Shown piece by piece: positions 10,552-22,094 of a stretch of 64,000 nt of DNA (position 1 is the stretch's first letter; every line of letters starts with the position of its first letter). Origin of the DNA: Bacteroidota bacterium. GTDB taxonomy: Bacteria; Bacteroidota; Bacteroidia; Flavobacteriales_F; PHOS-HE28. Under the pieces are notes generated by a model. The model was given only the letters and a program-made list of their open reading frames with translations, ran no database searches and had not been told where the DNA came from. Where the stretch lies: assembly GCA_029573495.1 (NCBI GenBank), contig JAKQEI010000094.1:46165-110164 (forward strand). Reading direction: 5' to 3'. A program made the position numbers and the translations under genes.

Positions 10552-11595
10552 TCAATTGATGCGGTTACGGTTGAGCCACACGACCTTGCCTTCGGTCGTG
10601 GTGCGTCCATCCGGGGTCCGGGCCTCCACGGCCACCATGTACATGCCGTCCTCGCATCCGTCCCCGTTCCAAGGTTCGGCACTATTCGTTGTGAAGACCA
10701 GGGCATTGCTCTTCATCGAGTACACCCGGAGAAGGATGGTCGCGTAGCCTTCACCGTCAACGCTATACGTGTCATTGATACCGTCACCGTTCGGAGTGAA
10801 GGTGTTGGGCATGAACAGTTTGGGCATCGGGCTGGCCTCGGGTTGAACGGTCCGGGCCTCGGATCCGGACTCTGGTCGGGTCGCGGTCGCTTCCGGAGTG
10901 GCCGTTCCCACCAGACCAGGTTCCGGGCTGGCGGTGATCGGCTGCTGCTTGACCTGTTCTTCCAGGTCCGTGATGATGGCTGACACCACCGTGGTGCCTT
11001 TTTCCGGGGTACGGTCCCCCGCAGGTAAGGACGTGTCGCGCCCTAGGTCGGGTGTTCCCGTGGGCATCTCGACAGGCAGGGTCGTGCTGTGCTCAGGGGT
11101 CTCCCGTTCCGGGTTCCTCGTCCTCGGTGCCACAGTGGCCATCGCCTTGGTCGGAACTGCCTTCACTGCTTCGGTTCGCGGCGCCACGATGGAGGCTTCG
11201 GGAACCACCGGTACCGCTGCGGGCAGGGTGATCTCTTGTGCCGGCTTCGCCCGTTCGGTGGCAACCTGGGCAGGCTCTTCGGCACCACCACTGAAGACCA
11301 CGGCGGCGGTGAGGGCGACGGCGGCCACCCCTGCGGTGACCATTGCCCAAGTACCCAATGATGTCCCTGCGGCAACGGGGTGTCCGAGTTGGCTGCTGAT
11401 CCCGCTCCACACGGAGGGGTCCACGTTCAATTCGTGCCCGTTGAAGCGGTCCTTGAACAGTTGGTTCACACCATCTGCGGCGGGTGCGGCCGCCAGTTGC
11501 TGCTCGATGCTGGTCCATACACCCGGGTCCACCGGGGCCTCGTGGCTCCGGAAGCGCTGCTGAAAGAGGGTGTTCATGCTATCCTTCATGTACAT
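10552..11595 (-). CDS. ECF-sigma-associated membrane protein: duplicated anti-sigma-like N-terminal motif, one TM helix, Pro/Thr-rich linker, T9SS type B (CHU_C) C-terminal domain
   Basis: Overlaps or abuts the stop of the upstream ECF sigma gene. N-terminal tandem motif LFQQRFRSHEAPVDPGVWTSIEQQL / LFKDRFNGHELNVDPSVWSGISSQL. TM segment WAMVTAGVAAVALTAAVVF. C-terminus FMPNTFTPNGDGINDTY...WNGDG...GMYMV. Confidence 0.8.
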   Translation of the reverse strand: MYMKDSMNTLFQQRFRSHEAPVDPGVWTSIEQQLAAAPAADGVNQLFKDRFNGHELNVDPSVWSGISSQLGHPVAAGTSLGTWAMVTAGVAAVALTAAVVFSGGAEEPAQVATERAKPAQEITLPAAVPVVPEASIVAPRTEAVKAVPTKAMATVAPRTRNPERETPEHSTTLPVEMPTGTPDLGRDTSLPAGDRTPEKGTTVVSAIITDLEEQVKQQPITASPEPGLVGTATPEATATRPESGSEARTVQPEASPMPKLFMPNTFTPNGDGINDTYSVDGEGYATILLRVYSMKSNALVFTTNSAEPWNGDGCEDGMYMVAVEARTPDGRTTTEGKVVWLNRNRIN

Positions 11596-12151
11596 GTCCG
11601 TAATGGGCCACCACCTCCTTGGGCAGCAATTTGCGCAGGTAGGCCCGCGCCTTCATGAACTGTGATTTCGAGGTGTTCTCGCTGATACCCAGCCTATCGG
11701 CGATGTCCTTGTGCGCATAGCCTTCGATCGCGAAGAGGTTGAATACCGTCCGATAGCCGGTAGGCAGGGCCTGGATCAGTGCCATCAGCTCATCGGTGGT
11801 CATTCCGGACAGGATATGCTCATCCTCGCTGTGCAGATGTTCGGCCTCGGTCAGGTCCAAGCTCTGGTCATAGGGCTTGTTCCGGCGGATATGGTCCAAC
11901 GCGGTATTCACCATGGTACGCGCGATCCAGCCGCCCAATGGGCCATCCCCGCGGTAGTGGTCCATCTTCTGGAACACCTTCACGAAGCCGTCCTGCAGGA
12001 TGTCCTGGGCTTGGTCGCGGTTATTGGCGTAGCGCATGCAGATGCTCATCATCTTCCTGGCGTATTGCTGGTACAAGGCCTTCTGTGCCACGGGGTCCCG
12101 TTTCACACAGCCTTCCACCAACCGTTCATCCGTCATGGTCATCCGTTCCAA
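11579..12151 (-). CDS. RNA polymerase ECF-type sigma-70 factor
   Basis: 190 aa. Region 2 ([15 protein letters not shown]...[17 protein letters not shown]) and region 4 HTH ([37 protein letters not shown]). Confidence 0.9.
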   Translation of the reverse strand: MERMTMTDERLVEGCVKRDPVAQKALYQQYARKMMSICMRYANNRDQAQDILQDGFVKVFQKMDHYRGDGPLGGWIARTMVNTALDHIRRNKPYDQSLDLTEAEHLHSEDEHILSGMTTDELMALIQALPTGYRTVFNLFAIEGYAHKDIADRLGISENTSKSQFMKARAYLRKLLPKEVVAHYGHVHEG

Positions 12152-12282
12152 TGATGCGATCCGCAGGGAGGAGGTTGCCTGAGCCCTTAACCGCCCGGCC
12201 TTTTCAAAGGTACGGTGGTCCTGCGCCGGGGGGCGGATACTGGTTACCTTCGCAGCCTTTTTCGGCCCTGCCCGGCAATCCC

Positions 12283-14070
<1,788 letters not shown>

Positions 14071-14118
14071 TCAAGGTTGTGCACCACGTGCGAGCCAATT
14101 GACCCGTATTGAGGACGC

Positions 14119-16398
14119 ATGATGCGACGCTCGCTCCTTGCGGTGTTCTTCCTCTCCGGGTTCGCCGCCTTGCTGTACCAGGTCGCGTGGCAGCGCATGC
14201 TCGTGTTCTACACCAGCTCGGACACGGTGAGCATCAGCTTGATCGTCACCGCTTTCATGTGCGGCCTGGGTCTCGGATACCTCTGCGGTGGTCACCTGGC
14301 CGACAGGCAGGGTCACCGGCGCAACCTTCTCACGTTCGTGATAGCGGAGACGGGTATCCTGCTCTTCGCCGTTTCCAGCAAGTTCGTCCTGTACGACCTC
14401 CTCTACCATCATGGCCCGCAGCCGGAGGACTCCCAGGCCGTGCTCTATGCCATGGTATTCGTGGTGTTGCTGCTCCCGACCTTCCTGATGGGACTCTCGC
14501 TTCCGTTGCTGGCCAAGGGGGCCATTATGGCGGATATGAAGGACCAAGGTCGCTTCATCGGTCGGTTGTACTTCACGAACACATTGGGCGCCGCGGTCGG
14601 AGCATTGGTCACCGGTGTGGTGTTGGTGCGCATCATGGGCTACCAGCACGTCCTGTGGGTGGGCGTGGCCATGAACGCGGTTTGTGTGCTTGCCACGCTT
14701 CTCATGGTAAGCGGATCATCCGAAGGTGCCGTGGATGTCGGCAAGCCCAGGCCAGCAGCGGAGCCACTCCCATGGAACATCTCCATGAAGGTGTGGGGGA
14801 TCCAGTATGCCTTGTCGGGGTTTGCGGCGCTTTCCCTGGAGTTGATCTGGTTCCGCGTATTGGAAACGCTCATCAAGTCCGTTTCGCTCACCTTTTCCAT
14901 CCTTCTCGCGATCTATCTGGGCTCGCTGGCCATGGGCTCGCTGGCCGGTGAGCGATGGGCTGCACGCATGGATCGGGCCCGGCGAGGATCCCTGTTCCTG
15001 GGCGTTCAGGCTGTTCTTTATGCCTACGTCGGGGCTTCGTTTCTACTTCTTCTTTGGGCCGTGGGTTCGTTGGATGCGCTGGCATTCCTGAAGACCTACT
15101 TCAGGAGCTACGAACCGGACCTCACTCCCGGCATCATCATCCCTACGTACGGGTTGATCCCGCTATTCCTGATGTTCATACCCACCTTCATCATGGGCGT
15201 GAGCTTCTCCACCTCCCAGCTCATCATCCAGGACGACCCGGCCTTCGTCGGTCGCAGACTGGGCTGGCTGCAGTTCATCAACATCGCGGGTTCGGCACTA
15301 GGCGCATGGTGGGTGACGTGGGTGGGCTTCGAGTTCCTGGGAACGGCCACCCTGATCAGGATCCTCACACTGCTCGCCATCATCTATCTGCTGGTAGCGT
15401 GGCAACGTGGGCACCTGGGACCGGTCGTTCTTGCCGCAGGTGCCGGTTCGGTCCTGCTGGTGGCTGTGCTGTTTCCTGGCAACACGGACTTCTGGCGCCG
15501 GATGAGCGGCATGGATGACCCGGCGACCTTCTTCCATGACGAGAACGCTTCCGGCCTTTCCGTGATCAAGCGCTACGAAAGGCACGGCTCCATGGCTGGG
15601 CTGGTCTTCTCGAACGGACTCGGCCAGAGCGTGATACCGTACAAGCTGGATGCGGTTCACACCAAGTTGGGTGCCCTGCCCGTCCTGCTCCATCCCTCCC
15701 CGGAACGGGTGGCGGTCATCGGACTCGGCTCGTCCGGCACCTTGCACGGTACGGCAGCGCGCTTGGAGACCAGGGAGCTGGTGTGCTTCGAGATCATGAG
15801 CAATCAGGCGGAGGTATTGATGAAGTACGCAGAGAAGGTGGAGGATCGCTCGATCATGTCCACGATGAACGACCCGCGCCTGTCCCTGGTGTTACATGAT
15901 GGTCGCTATCGATTGACCACCGACACGACCCGGTATGATGTGATCGAGGCGGATGCGCTTCGACCGAACTCGGCCTTCTCGGGGAACATCTACTCCAAGG
16001 AGTATTACCAGCTGCTGCTCTCACGCCTCCGGCCAGGGGGATTCGCTGCCACCTGGTGTCCGACTCCGCGGGTCGCACGCACGGCCGCCGAGGTCTTTCC
16101 ATATGCCGTGCTCATCGACGACCTGCTCATGATCGGGAGCAACTCCCCTTTGGAACTGGACCTCGAAAGGACCATGCGGACGCTTGCAACTGCACATGTC
16201 CAGCACCATTTCAAGAGCGCTGGGATCGATATCGACACGCTGGTGGTACCTGCATTGAGGAAGATCAAGGATATCGACGAGTTCGGGAGTGAGGGTGGCG
16301 CCGATATCAACACGGACCTGTTCCCGCGGGATGAGTTCGTGCTGCCATACACATGGTCCATGTTGCGCGGAAAATTGCTCGGGCAGGACGAGCACTGA
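14119..16398 (+). CDS. fused polytopic membrane domain / spermidine-synthase-like (class I methyltransferase fold) protein
   Basis: 759 aa. The N-terminal ~450 aa are strongly hydrophobic with many TM segments. The C-terminal part (VAVIGLGSSGT...DVIEADALRP) resembles the spermine/spermidine synthase fold. Confidence 0.7.
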   Translation: MMRRSLLAVFFLSGFAALLYQVAWQRMLVFYTSSDTVSISLIVTAFMCGLGLGYLCGGHLADRQGHRRNLLTFVIAETGILLFAVSSKFVLYDLLYHHGPQPEDSQAVLYAMVFVVLLLPTFLMGLSLPLLAKGAIMADMKDQGRFIGRLYFTNTLGAAVGALVTGVVLVRIMGYQHVLWVGVAMNAVCVLATLLMVSGSSEGAVDVGKPRPAAEPLPWNISMKVWGIQYALSGFAALSLELIWFRVLETLIKSVSLTFSILLAIYLGSLAMGSLAGERWAARMDRARRGSLFLGVQAVLYAYVGASFLLLLWAVGSLDALAFLKTYFRSYEPDLTPGIIIPTYGLIPLFLMFIPTFIMGVSFSTSQLIIQDDPAFVGRRLGWLQFINIAGSALGAWWVTWVGFEFLGTATLIRILTLLAIIYLLVAWQRGHLGPVVLAAGAGSVLLVAVLFPGNTDFWRRMSGMDDPATFFHDENASGLSVIKRYERHGSMAGLVFSNGLGQSVIPYKLDAVHTKLGALPVLLHPSPERVAVIGLGSSGTLHGTAARLETRELVCFEIMSNQAEVLMKYAEKVEDRSIMSTMNDPRLSLVLHDGRYRLTTDTTRYDVIEADALRPNSAFSGNIYSKEYYQLLLSRLRPGGFAATWCPTPRVARTAAEVFPYAVLIDDLLMIGSNSPLELDLERTMRTLATAHVQHHFKSAGIDIDTLVVPALRKIKDIDEFGSEGGADINTDLFPRDEFVLPYTWSMLRGKLLGQDEH

Positions 16399-16566
16399 GA
16401 ACCGACGTTCCGTTGCGCGCTTTCCAGCACGACCGGCCTCAGTGAACGGTTCTTTCTTCCGTTCGGGGGGGGCGTCAGAAGGACCCGGATGGGTGCGGAC
16501 ATCCCCGGGAACGTGCTTCCCCTGGAAGACTTGCCGATATTGGTCGAGCGCGTTCCGGAAGAGCGA

Positions 16567-18774
16567 TCACGGTAGTTGTTCCTGTCGCGTATTCGTAGGC
16601 ACCGAACCCCCGATGCCGTATAGGATCAGGTCCCGATCGTTGTTCGCGCCACTGTACTTCACCGAGCCATCACAGTTCAGGTCCTCCTGTGCGTAACCAT
16701 CCACCACATTGGTGGGGATCACGCCTCCGATGCGGGTCAGTACCCGATCACGATCGTTGTCCAGTCCCGCATAGCGCAACACGCCATCGCGCAATGCATT
16801 GCCTGCCCACAAGCGCATCGTACCGTTCGAGATCACTGCGGCCCCTGTACCATGGAGGTCGGTGGCAGGGTCGGTGAAGTCAACGGTCAAGGTGCCGGAT
16901 ACAGGCGCTATCGGCCCTGCCGTCATCACGCCAAGGTGGTTGCGATGGCGCACCGCGATATGAAAGGGAGCCGGACTTGATGTGAAGTGAAGGGCAGGTG
17001 ATCCATCGGCAGCCACCACATCGCCATCGCGTTGCACGAGCCCCGCTTGGGTCGCCAGGACCATGGTCGGATCGGTCGGGGAGCGTAATTCCACCAGCAG
17101 CCAATCAACGATGGCGTTGGGTCCAATGACGGTGAGCAGTGAGTTGTCGATGGTCTCGCCCGCGGATCCCGCCCGCTCGAAGCCGAGCGCACTGTAAGGC
17201 TCCGTGATCGGAATGAGGGCCCGTGTGCGCAGGCTGTCATGCATGAGGCCCGTGCCGGGAACGAATGGCCCGTCGAGGATGGCGCGGACGACCACGTTCA
17301 TGCCGGCCATCGGCAGTGCAAGGTCTGCGGTGAGCGGCAGATGATCACTGGCCAGGGAGCTGTCGAACTCCTCAAGGCCCGACGCAAGCAAGGTCGACGC
17401 GCTCATGGATGCCGTGCGAAGTGCGAAGGATCCCATGAGTTCGGCGACGGCACCCGTGAAGTAGAGATGGTCGAGCATCCCACACGGATAGGCGCTGTTG
17501 TTGTTCCGCCAGGTATAGGCCATGCGCGCTTCGTTCTGACGGCATGGCGCACGATCGAGCCCGCTACCGTCCCAGTCCATGGGTCCGTCCGGCCCGTAGG
17601 TCCCGTTGTCCTGGATGTCACCGGTCTCCAGTGTGTTCAGCTGTTGTGCCCAGCCCACTGAGTTCAGATCGCCGGCGTAGACCATCGGCGTGCCGCTCGG
17701 CAAGCTGATCAAGCCTCCCGGAGCGCGCGCATCCTGCACGAACTGGACGTACGCATCGAGTTGCGCCTGTCGGGCCGCATCCGCGGTGCAGCAGTTGAGG
17801 TGTGCGGCGGTGAACAACAGGTCGGTGGCATAGGTCGCCGGCAGGTCGATGAGCGCGGCGAACTGCCGGTTGAGATGCGTCCATGTCGTGAGGATCGGCC
17901 AGCGCGATGCGATGACCATGTCGAAGTCATCCTTGACCACCTGCCATCCGTTGCCATCAATGGGGATCCAGGCATCCAGCCGGCTCTTCACCTGTGATGG
18001 GGTGCTCGTCACGCATTCACTGAAGCCGATGATATCCGGGGCCAACGCCGAGAGGATGCGCTGGTAGGGCCCTTGAAGCGCGGGGTCGGTGATGCCGTCG
18101 CCGAGCACGTTCCATGCCGTGACCCGCACTGCCTCCGGATCCAGACGCATGAGCGGAATGGCAGCGGTGGTCGCCAGGAAAGCATCATCGAAGGTGTAGG
18201 AAAGGACGCTGCCTGCATCGGGCATGGCATCCCCGCCATCCGTTTCGCGGATGAGCAGCCCGATCGTGGAGGAACTGAAGAGCAGGTTCGTTCCATCAGG
18301 CCGCGCGTTCCGCGCGATGGCGATCTCGAAGACGGTGCTGGTGACCGTTGGAAGTGGCACGAGGTCCAGCGTGCTCCAGGACACGTTGGAAGAGGTGCCG
18401 AAGTATTCCGTGACGGTTCGTGTGTCGAAGCGGATCTGCAGCTCGGCACCATACCCGCTCTGTACCGCAAGCCCCGTCGCAGCGTTGTTGTCACCATCGA
18501 TGTACAGCCGGATACCATGCGGCGTGAGGTCGTCCAGCAGATCGGTCTCCGTGCCCAGTTCGAGCTTGATGAACAAGTGGTCCTGGTCATTGGTGACCTG
18601 CATGGAGATCAGGTCCAAACCGCTGGAAGGGACGGTCGCGTCGTTCCAGGTGGTGAGCGTTCCACTCCAATCGTCGAATAGCCCGTCCATGGTGATCGCG
18701 GCTCCCTGGGCACCGGCTAACAGCGGGGCCAGGAAGGCGAACATGGTGGCGGCAGCGGAGTTGAACCTTTCCAT
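16567..18774 (-). CDS. secreted endonuclease/exonuclease/phosphatase (EEP) family protein with C-terminal dockerin/EF-hand-like repeats
   Basis: Signal peptide from the internal ATG 18774 (MERFNSAAATMFAFLAPLLAGAQG). EEP C-terminal signature SDHLPLTADL. The tail carries repeated GLDNDRDRVL / DLNCDGSV / GANNDRDLIL motifs. Confidence 0.75.
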   Translation of the reverse strand: MERFNSAAATMFAFLAPLLAGAQGAAITMDGLFDDWSGTLTTWNDATVPSSGLDLISMQVTNDQDHLFIKLELGTETDLLDDLTPHGIRLYIDGDNNAATGLAVQSGYGAELQIRFDTRTVTEYFGTSSNVSWSTLDLVPLPTVTSTVFEIAIARNARPDGTNLLFSSSTIGLLIRETDGGDAMPDAGSVLSYTFDDAFLATTAAIPLMRLDPEAVRVTAWNVLGDGITDPALQGPYQRILSALAPDIIGFSECVTSTPSQVKSRLDAWIPIDGNGWQVVKDDFDMVIASRWPILTTWTHLNRQFAALIDLPATYATDLLFTAAHLNCCTADAARQAQLDAYVQFVQDARAPGGLISLPSGTPMVYAGDLNSVGWAQQLNTLETGDIQDNGTYGPDGPMDWDGSGLDRAPCRQNEARMAYTWRNNNSAYPCGMLDHLYFTGAVAELMGSFALRTASMSASTLLASGLEEFDSSLASDHLPLTADLALPMAGMNVVVRAILDGPFVPGTGLMHDSLRTRALIPITEPYSALGFERAGSAGETIDNSLLTVIGPNAIVDWLLVELRSPTDPTMVLATQAGLVQRDGDVVAADGSPALHFTSSPAPFHIAVRHRNHLGVMTAGPIAPVSGTLTVDFTDPATDLHGTGAAVISNGTMRLWAGNALRDGVLRYAGLDNDRDRVLTRIGGVIPTNVVDGYAQEDLNCDGSVKYSGANNDRDLILYGIGGSVPTNTRQEQLP

Positions 18775-18915
18775 GTGCGGGTCGACGGTCCGGCTAAGTT
18801 GGTGGAACGGGTCCAGAAGGTCCAAGCGGTTCGCTGAGCCATGGTTCCACGGAACTGGGAAAGCTTTTCCCCTTTGGACCGGTCATGGAGCCAGTATCCG
18901 TGTTCGATCGGGAAG

Positions 18916-18931
18916 CGGCACGGTGATAGCC
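18916..18931 (+). promoter_or_regulatory. candidate sigma-54 (-24/-12) promoter
   Basis: cGGCACGgtgaTAGCc has GG (18917-18) and GC (18929-30) at the canonical 12-nt offset. It lies 24 nt upstream of ATG 18955. Pattern match by eye only. Confidence 0.25.
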
Positions 18932-18954
18932 GGGGTTGAAGAAACACCAACCCC

Positions 18955-19119
18955 ATGAACAACCTGGTCAACATCATCATCGTGCTGCTCATCGTCGGAT
19001 GGCTCATCGGGTACATCGGATTCGGCGCCATGGTCGGCAACTTGATCCACATTCTTCTGATCCTCGCTGTGGTCGCCATCGTGATCCGTCTCGTCTCCGG
19101 GGGGAAGGCGAAGCTGTGA
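18955..19119 (+). CDS. small (54 aa) two-TM membrane protein, lmo0937-like
   Basis: Not in the ORF track (<60 aa). ATG 18955 to TGA 19117-19119 gives MNNLVNIIIVLLIVGWLIGYIGFGAMVGNLIHILLILAVVAIVIRLVSGGKAKL. The family assignment is from memory of similar small proteins. Confidence 0.55.
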   Translation: MNNLVNIIIVLLIVGWLIGYIGFGAMVGNLIHILLILAVVAIVIRLVSGGKAKL

Positions 19120-19128
19120 ACCAGCTGG

Positions 19129-20739
19129 ATGAAACCTTCGAAGCTGCGGCTGGTTCCTCGGGTCCTGATCGTCCTGGGCATCGTCCTTGTGACGGGCTTG
19201 GCCGCCTTCGAGGCGCTCAGCTGGTGGGCGGTCCGTGAATTGAAGGACCGGATGCAACAAGCCGCGGCTTTCCATGGTGCACGATGGGTTGATGCCGACA
19301 GCTGCGTCATCGCTCTCGACCTTTGGTCTGGTGACCTGCTTCTGACCGGTATGCGCTGGGGATCGAGCACAGTGCGTCCCGACTCCGGCATGTCGATCAC
19401 GGGATATCTGGATACATTGGAGATACAGGACCTGTCCTACAGTGCCCTCCTTTTCGATCGCAAGGTGCGCACCGCAAGCTTGCTTGTGCGCGTGAAGGAC
19501 CTCCTGGTTCGACGCGGAACCACCAGCTCACCTTCTGCGAAGGAACGATCAACCCGTTTCCAACATTTCGTGGTCGATGACCTCGACATCCACCTGCGTT
19601 CAACGAACGTTCAGATGGAGGACTCGGTCCGGATACACCTTGATGAACTTGCCATTAACGGTCTGGAGGTCTCTTTCAGCCTTCGAGATACCACCTGGGA
19701 CGCCGGGCGGTGCGATGCGAGCTTGTCGGACCTGCGCATCGAACCCATGGCCGACTCAATGCTCGCGGTTGAGCGGATCAAGCTCAGTGATGCAGCTCAG
19801 CGAGCGGAGCTGTGCGGTGTGCGTTTCGGTCCAGATGATGTGGTGGTGCCTTCCACGGCACTTGCCTTGGAACGGGATATCGTGAGTGGCCGCTTCGAGC
19901 GGATCACGATGAACGGCATTGCCCCGAACACCTTGATGCGGGGTGTGCTGCACGCGCGATCCATGCATATCGGGCCTGCTGAGCTGCAGGTGGCGAGGGA
20001 CAAGTCCCGTCCCGATCCTGCCTTCCGCCATAAACCACTTCCGCAACGGCTGCTGCGCCTTTTGCCTTCCGGAGCGGGCTTCGATTCGCTGATCGTCGAG
20101 CGGATGAGCGTCCATTATCATGAACAGGTCGATCCTGCTCGTGGCTTCGCCTTTATTCCGTTCGACAGCATCCAAGGAGTTCTGACCAATGTCCATCACC
20201 TTCCGAACGATACGCTACGGGTGCATGCCTCCGGCATGGTCTTCGGCCAGACCCCGTTGACCTTGGATCTGCGTGGAGCGATCGGTGACAGCACGGACCT
20301 GATGTTCGTCGATGCCCATGTTGGACGCCTTTCGTTTTCTACCCTGAACCAGGTGCTGCCACCACTGACCGCATTGGCTGCCCCCGAAGGAAGGATCGAT
20401 ACCTTGATCATGCGCATGCGTGGCGGGGACCGTTCGGCTCGTGCCAGTTGCTGGATGCGCTATGATGGCCTCAAGGTGGAGCTTCGTCCTTCCAGGCGCG
20501 GCCGGGATCCGGCCTTGTTCGATCCCGTGTTCGATGCGCTGCTCAATGCGATCGTGAAGCGGGAGCGTAAGGGCCGTCACAAGGATGAAGGGTGGACGAA
20601 CTACACGGTTGAACGCCGAAGGGACCGGGCCGTCTTCAACTACCTCTGGGCCGGCGTGCGTGAAGGGGCCAAGGCGAGCATGTTGCCCGGCGTCGTTCTC
20701 AATGCCACGTCGAACAATTCGCGATCCCGTGGCAGATGA
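19129..20739 (+). CDS. membrane-anchored protein of unknown function (possibly AsmA/DUF748-like)
   Basis: 536 aa with a single N-terminal TM (RVLIVLGIVLVTGLAAF), then a long predicted periplasmic region. The family assignment is inference only. Confidence 0.6.
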   Translation: MKPSKLRLVPRVLIVLGIVLVTGLAAFEALSWWAVRELKDRMQQAAAFHGARWVDADSCVIALDLWSGDLLLTGMRWGSSTVRPDSGMSITGYLDTLEIQDLSYSALLFDRKVRTASLLVRVKDLLVRRGTTSSPSAKERSTRFQHFVVDDLDIHLRSTNVQMEDSVRIHLDELAINGLEVSFSLRDTTWDAGRCDASLSDLRIEPMADSMLAVERIKLSDAAQRAELCGVRFGPDDVVVPSTALALERDIVSGRFERITMNGIAPNTLMRGVLHARSMHIGPAELQVARDKSRPDPAFRHKPLPQRLLRLLPSGAGFDSLIVERMSVHYHEQVDPARGFAFIPFDSIQGVLTNVHHLPNDTLRVHASGMVFGQTPLTLDLRGAIGDSTDLMFVDAHVGRLSFSTLNQVLPPLTALAAPEGRIDTLIMRMRGGDRSARASCWMRYDGLKVELRPSRRGRDPALFDPVFDALLNAIVKRERKGRHKDEGWTNYTVERRRDRAVFNYLWAGVREGAKASMLPGVVLNATSNNSRSRGR

Positions 20740-20824
20740 GATCGGCCGTGGTGCGCAGGGATCGACCGGACCATCGTGGGACCGGAGGCGCCGAACGCTC
20801 ATCGTTCCCGCTGGTAAGGAGCCG

Positions 20825-21916
20825 ATGATTCGGAGCTGGACCCTGTGGTCAAGAGGCCTTGGCAGGGTCGCCGTTCTTATGATCCTGGTAGTACTGTCCG
20901 GACGCCGGACCGTTGCACAACAGGACACCACCTACGTGAAGGACTATTCCCGCCGGATCACTTACAGGACCTATTTGAGCCATAAGTTCAACAGCCTACA
21001 GGTGCGTTCAAGCGCTGCTGGTGATGACCTGCGTTACCGCCCGAATGGTCGCATCAATTATGGGGTAGGTGCCAGTCTGCGCAAGTTCACCTTGAACATC
21101 GGAGTGTCCATTCCGTTCCTCAACAACGACAATGACCGGAAAGGACGGACCAGGTACTTGGATGCGCAAGCCAATATCTACGGCACCAAGCAGGCGAGCA
21201 ACCTCTTCCTTCAGGTCTTCAAGGGCTATCATATCACCAGTCACACCAAGGCAATGCTCGGTTGGGACGGCCCCACCGAGTTCCCTTACCGGCCTGACCT
21301 GTTGCAGTACAACATCGGACTCAGTTCGTTGCGGATCCTCAACCACCGTCGGTTCAGTTACCGCGCAGGCTTCAACCAGGATGCCATACAACTCCGTTCT
21401 CAAGGCACCTGGCTCGTCGGCGGCTACCTCACGGCCTACGTGATCCGCGCCGATTCCTCATTGATCCCCGCAAGGTTGCGCGACCAGTTCCCGGCGACGG
21501 CCGATGTCAAAGGCGCCTCCTATTTCGACCTCGGCCCAATGGTGGGCTATGCATACACCCACGTGATGGGCAGGAAGTGGTTCGCTACGGCGAGTGGAGC
21601 GATCGGCGGCGGCGGCAGTGTTCAGGTGTCACTACACGAGGGTGCCCCGGGTGGTCACACAAAGAGTCGCGCCGGAGTGGGCTGGCACAGTCAGTTCCGG
21701 GTCGCGCTCGGGTACAACACCTCGGGACGCTACATCGGTGCGGTCTTCAGTCAGGAACACATCGGCTACCTGCAGCGTGCAGGCGAGCGCTTCACCTGGG
21801 ACGTAGGGGTGGTTCGCATTGTCTACGCTCAGCGTTTCCGAGAGCGACCGACCTCGGTGGAACGCGGGACCCGGTGGCTTCAGCGCAAGAAGAACGATGT
21901 GCTTCCCGGCCAGTGA
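20825..21916 (+). CDS. outer-membrane beta-barrel-like protein (DUF4421-like)
   Basis: Track ORF 20585-21916. The signal peptide starts at the internal ATG 20825 (MIRSWTLWSRGLGRVAVLMILVVLSG...AQQDTTYVKDY). Alternating aromatic/polar strands and a terminal aromatic-rich region. Confidence 0.6.
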   Translation: MIRSWTLWSRGLGRVAVLMILVVLSGRRTVAQQDTTYVKDYSRRITYRTYLSHKFNSLQVRSSAAGDDLRYRPNGRINYGVGASLRKFTLNIGVSIPFLNNDNDRKGRTRYLDAQANIYGTKQASNLFLQVFKGYHITSHTKAMLGWDGPTEFPYRPDLLQYNIGLSSLRILNHRRFSYRAGFNQDAIQLRSQGTWLVGGYLTAYVIRADSSLIPARLRDQFPATADVKGASYFDLGPMVGYAYTHVMGRKWFATASGAIGGGGSVQVSLHEGAPGGHTKSRAGVGWHSQFRVALGYNTSGRYIGAVFSQEHIGYLQRAGERFTWDVGVVRIVYAQRFRERPTSVERGTRWLQRKKNDVLPGQ

Positions 21917-22094
21917 CCGAGGTGACCGTTCCACACGAACGGGTGGATATACCCCGTGACCGAGGCCGTTCATCGAACAAAGTAAGAGGGGGCGGTGCGT
22001 GGCTTCACTAGAGGGAAGCGGCTTCTGGCGTATCCATCCATCGGGTGGGGCGATCGGTATCGGGATTGAACGATTCCGTTCAAACAACAATGAC

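Noticed and set aside
11779-12282. N-terminal extensions of track ORFs upstream of the conserved starts. These are lepA 11779, the barrel gene 20585, 21999, the ECF sigma 29308, 31174, 35823, the carboxyltransferase 40462, purD 46317 and purQ 49003.
   Set aside because: The extensions overlap neighbouring genes or terminator hairpins and are Arg/Pro-rich. In each case an internal ATG produces either the canonical conserved N-terminus or a proper signal peptide.
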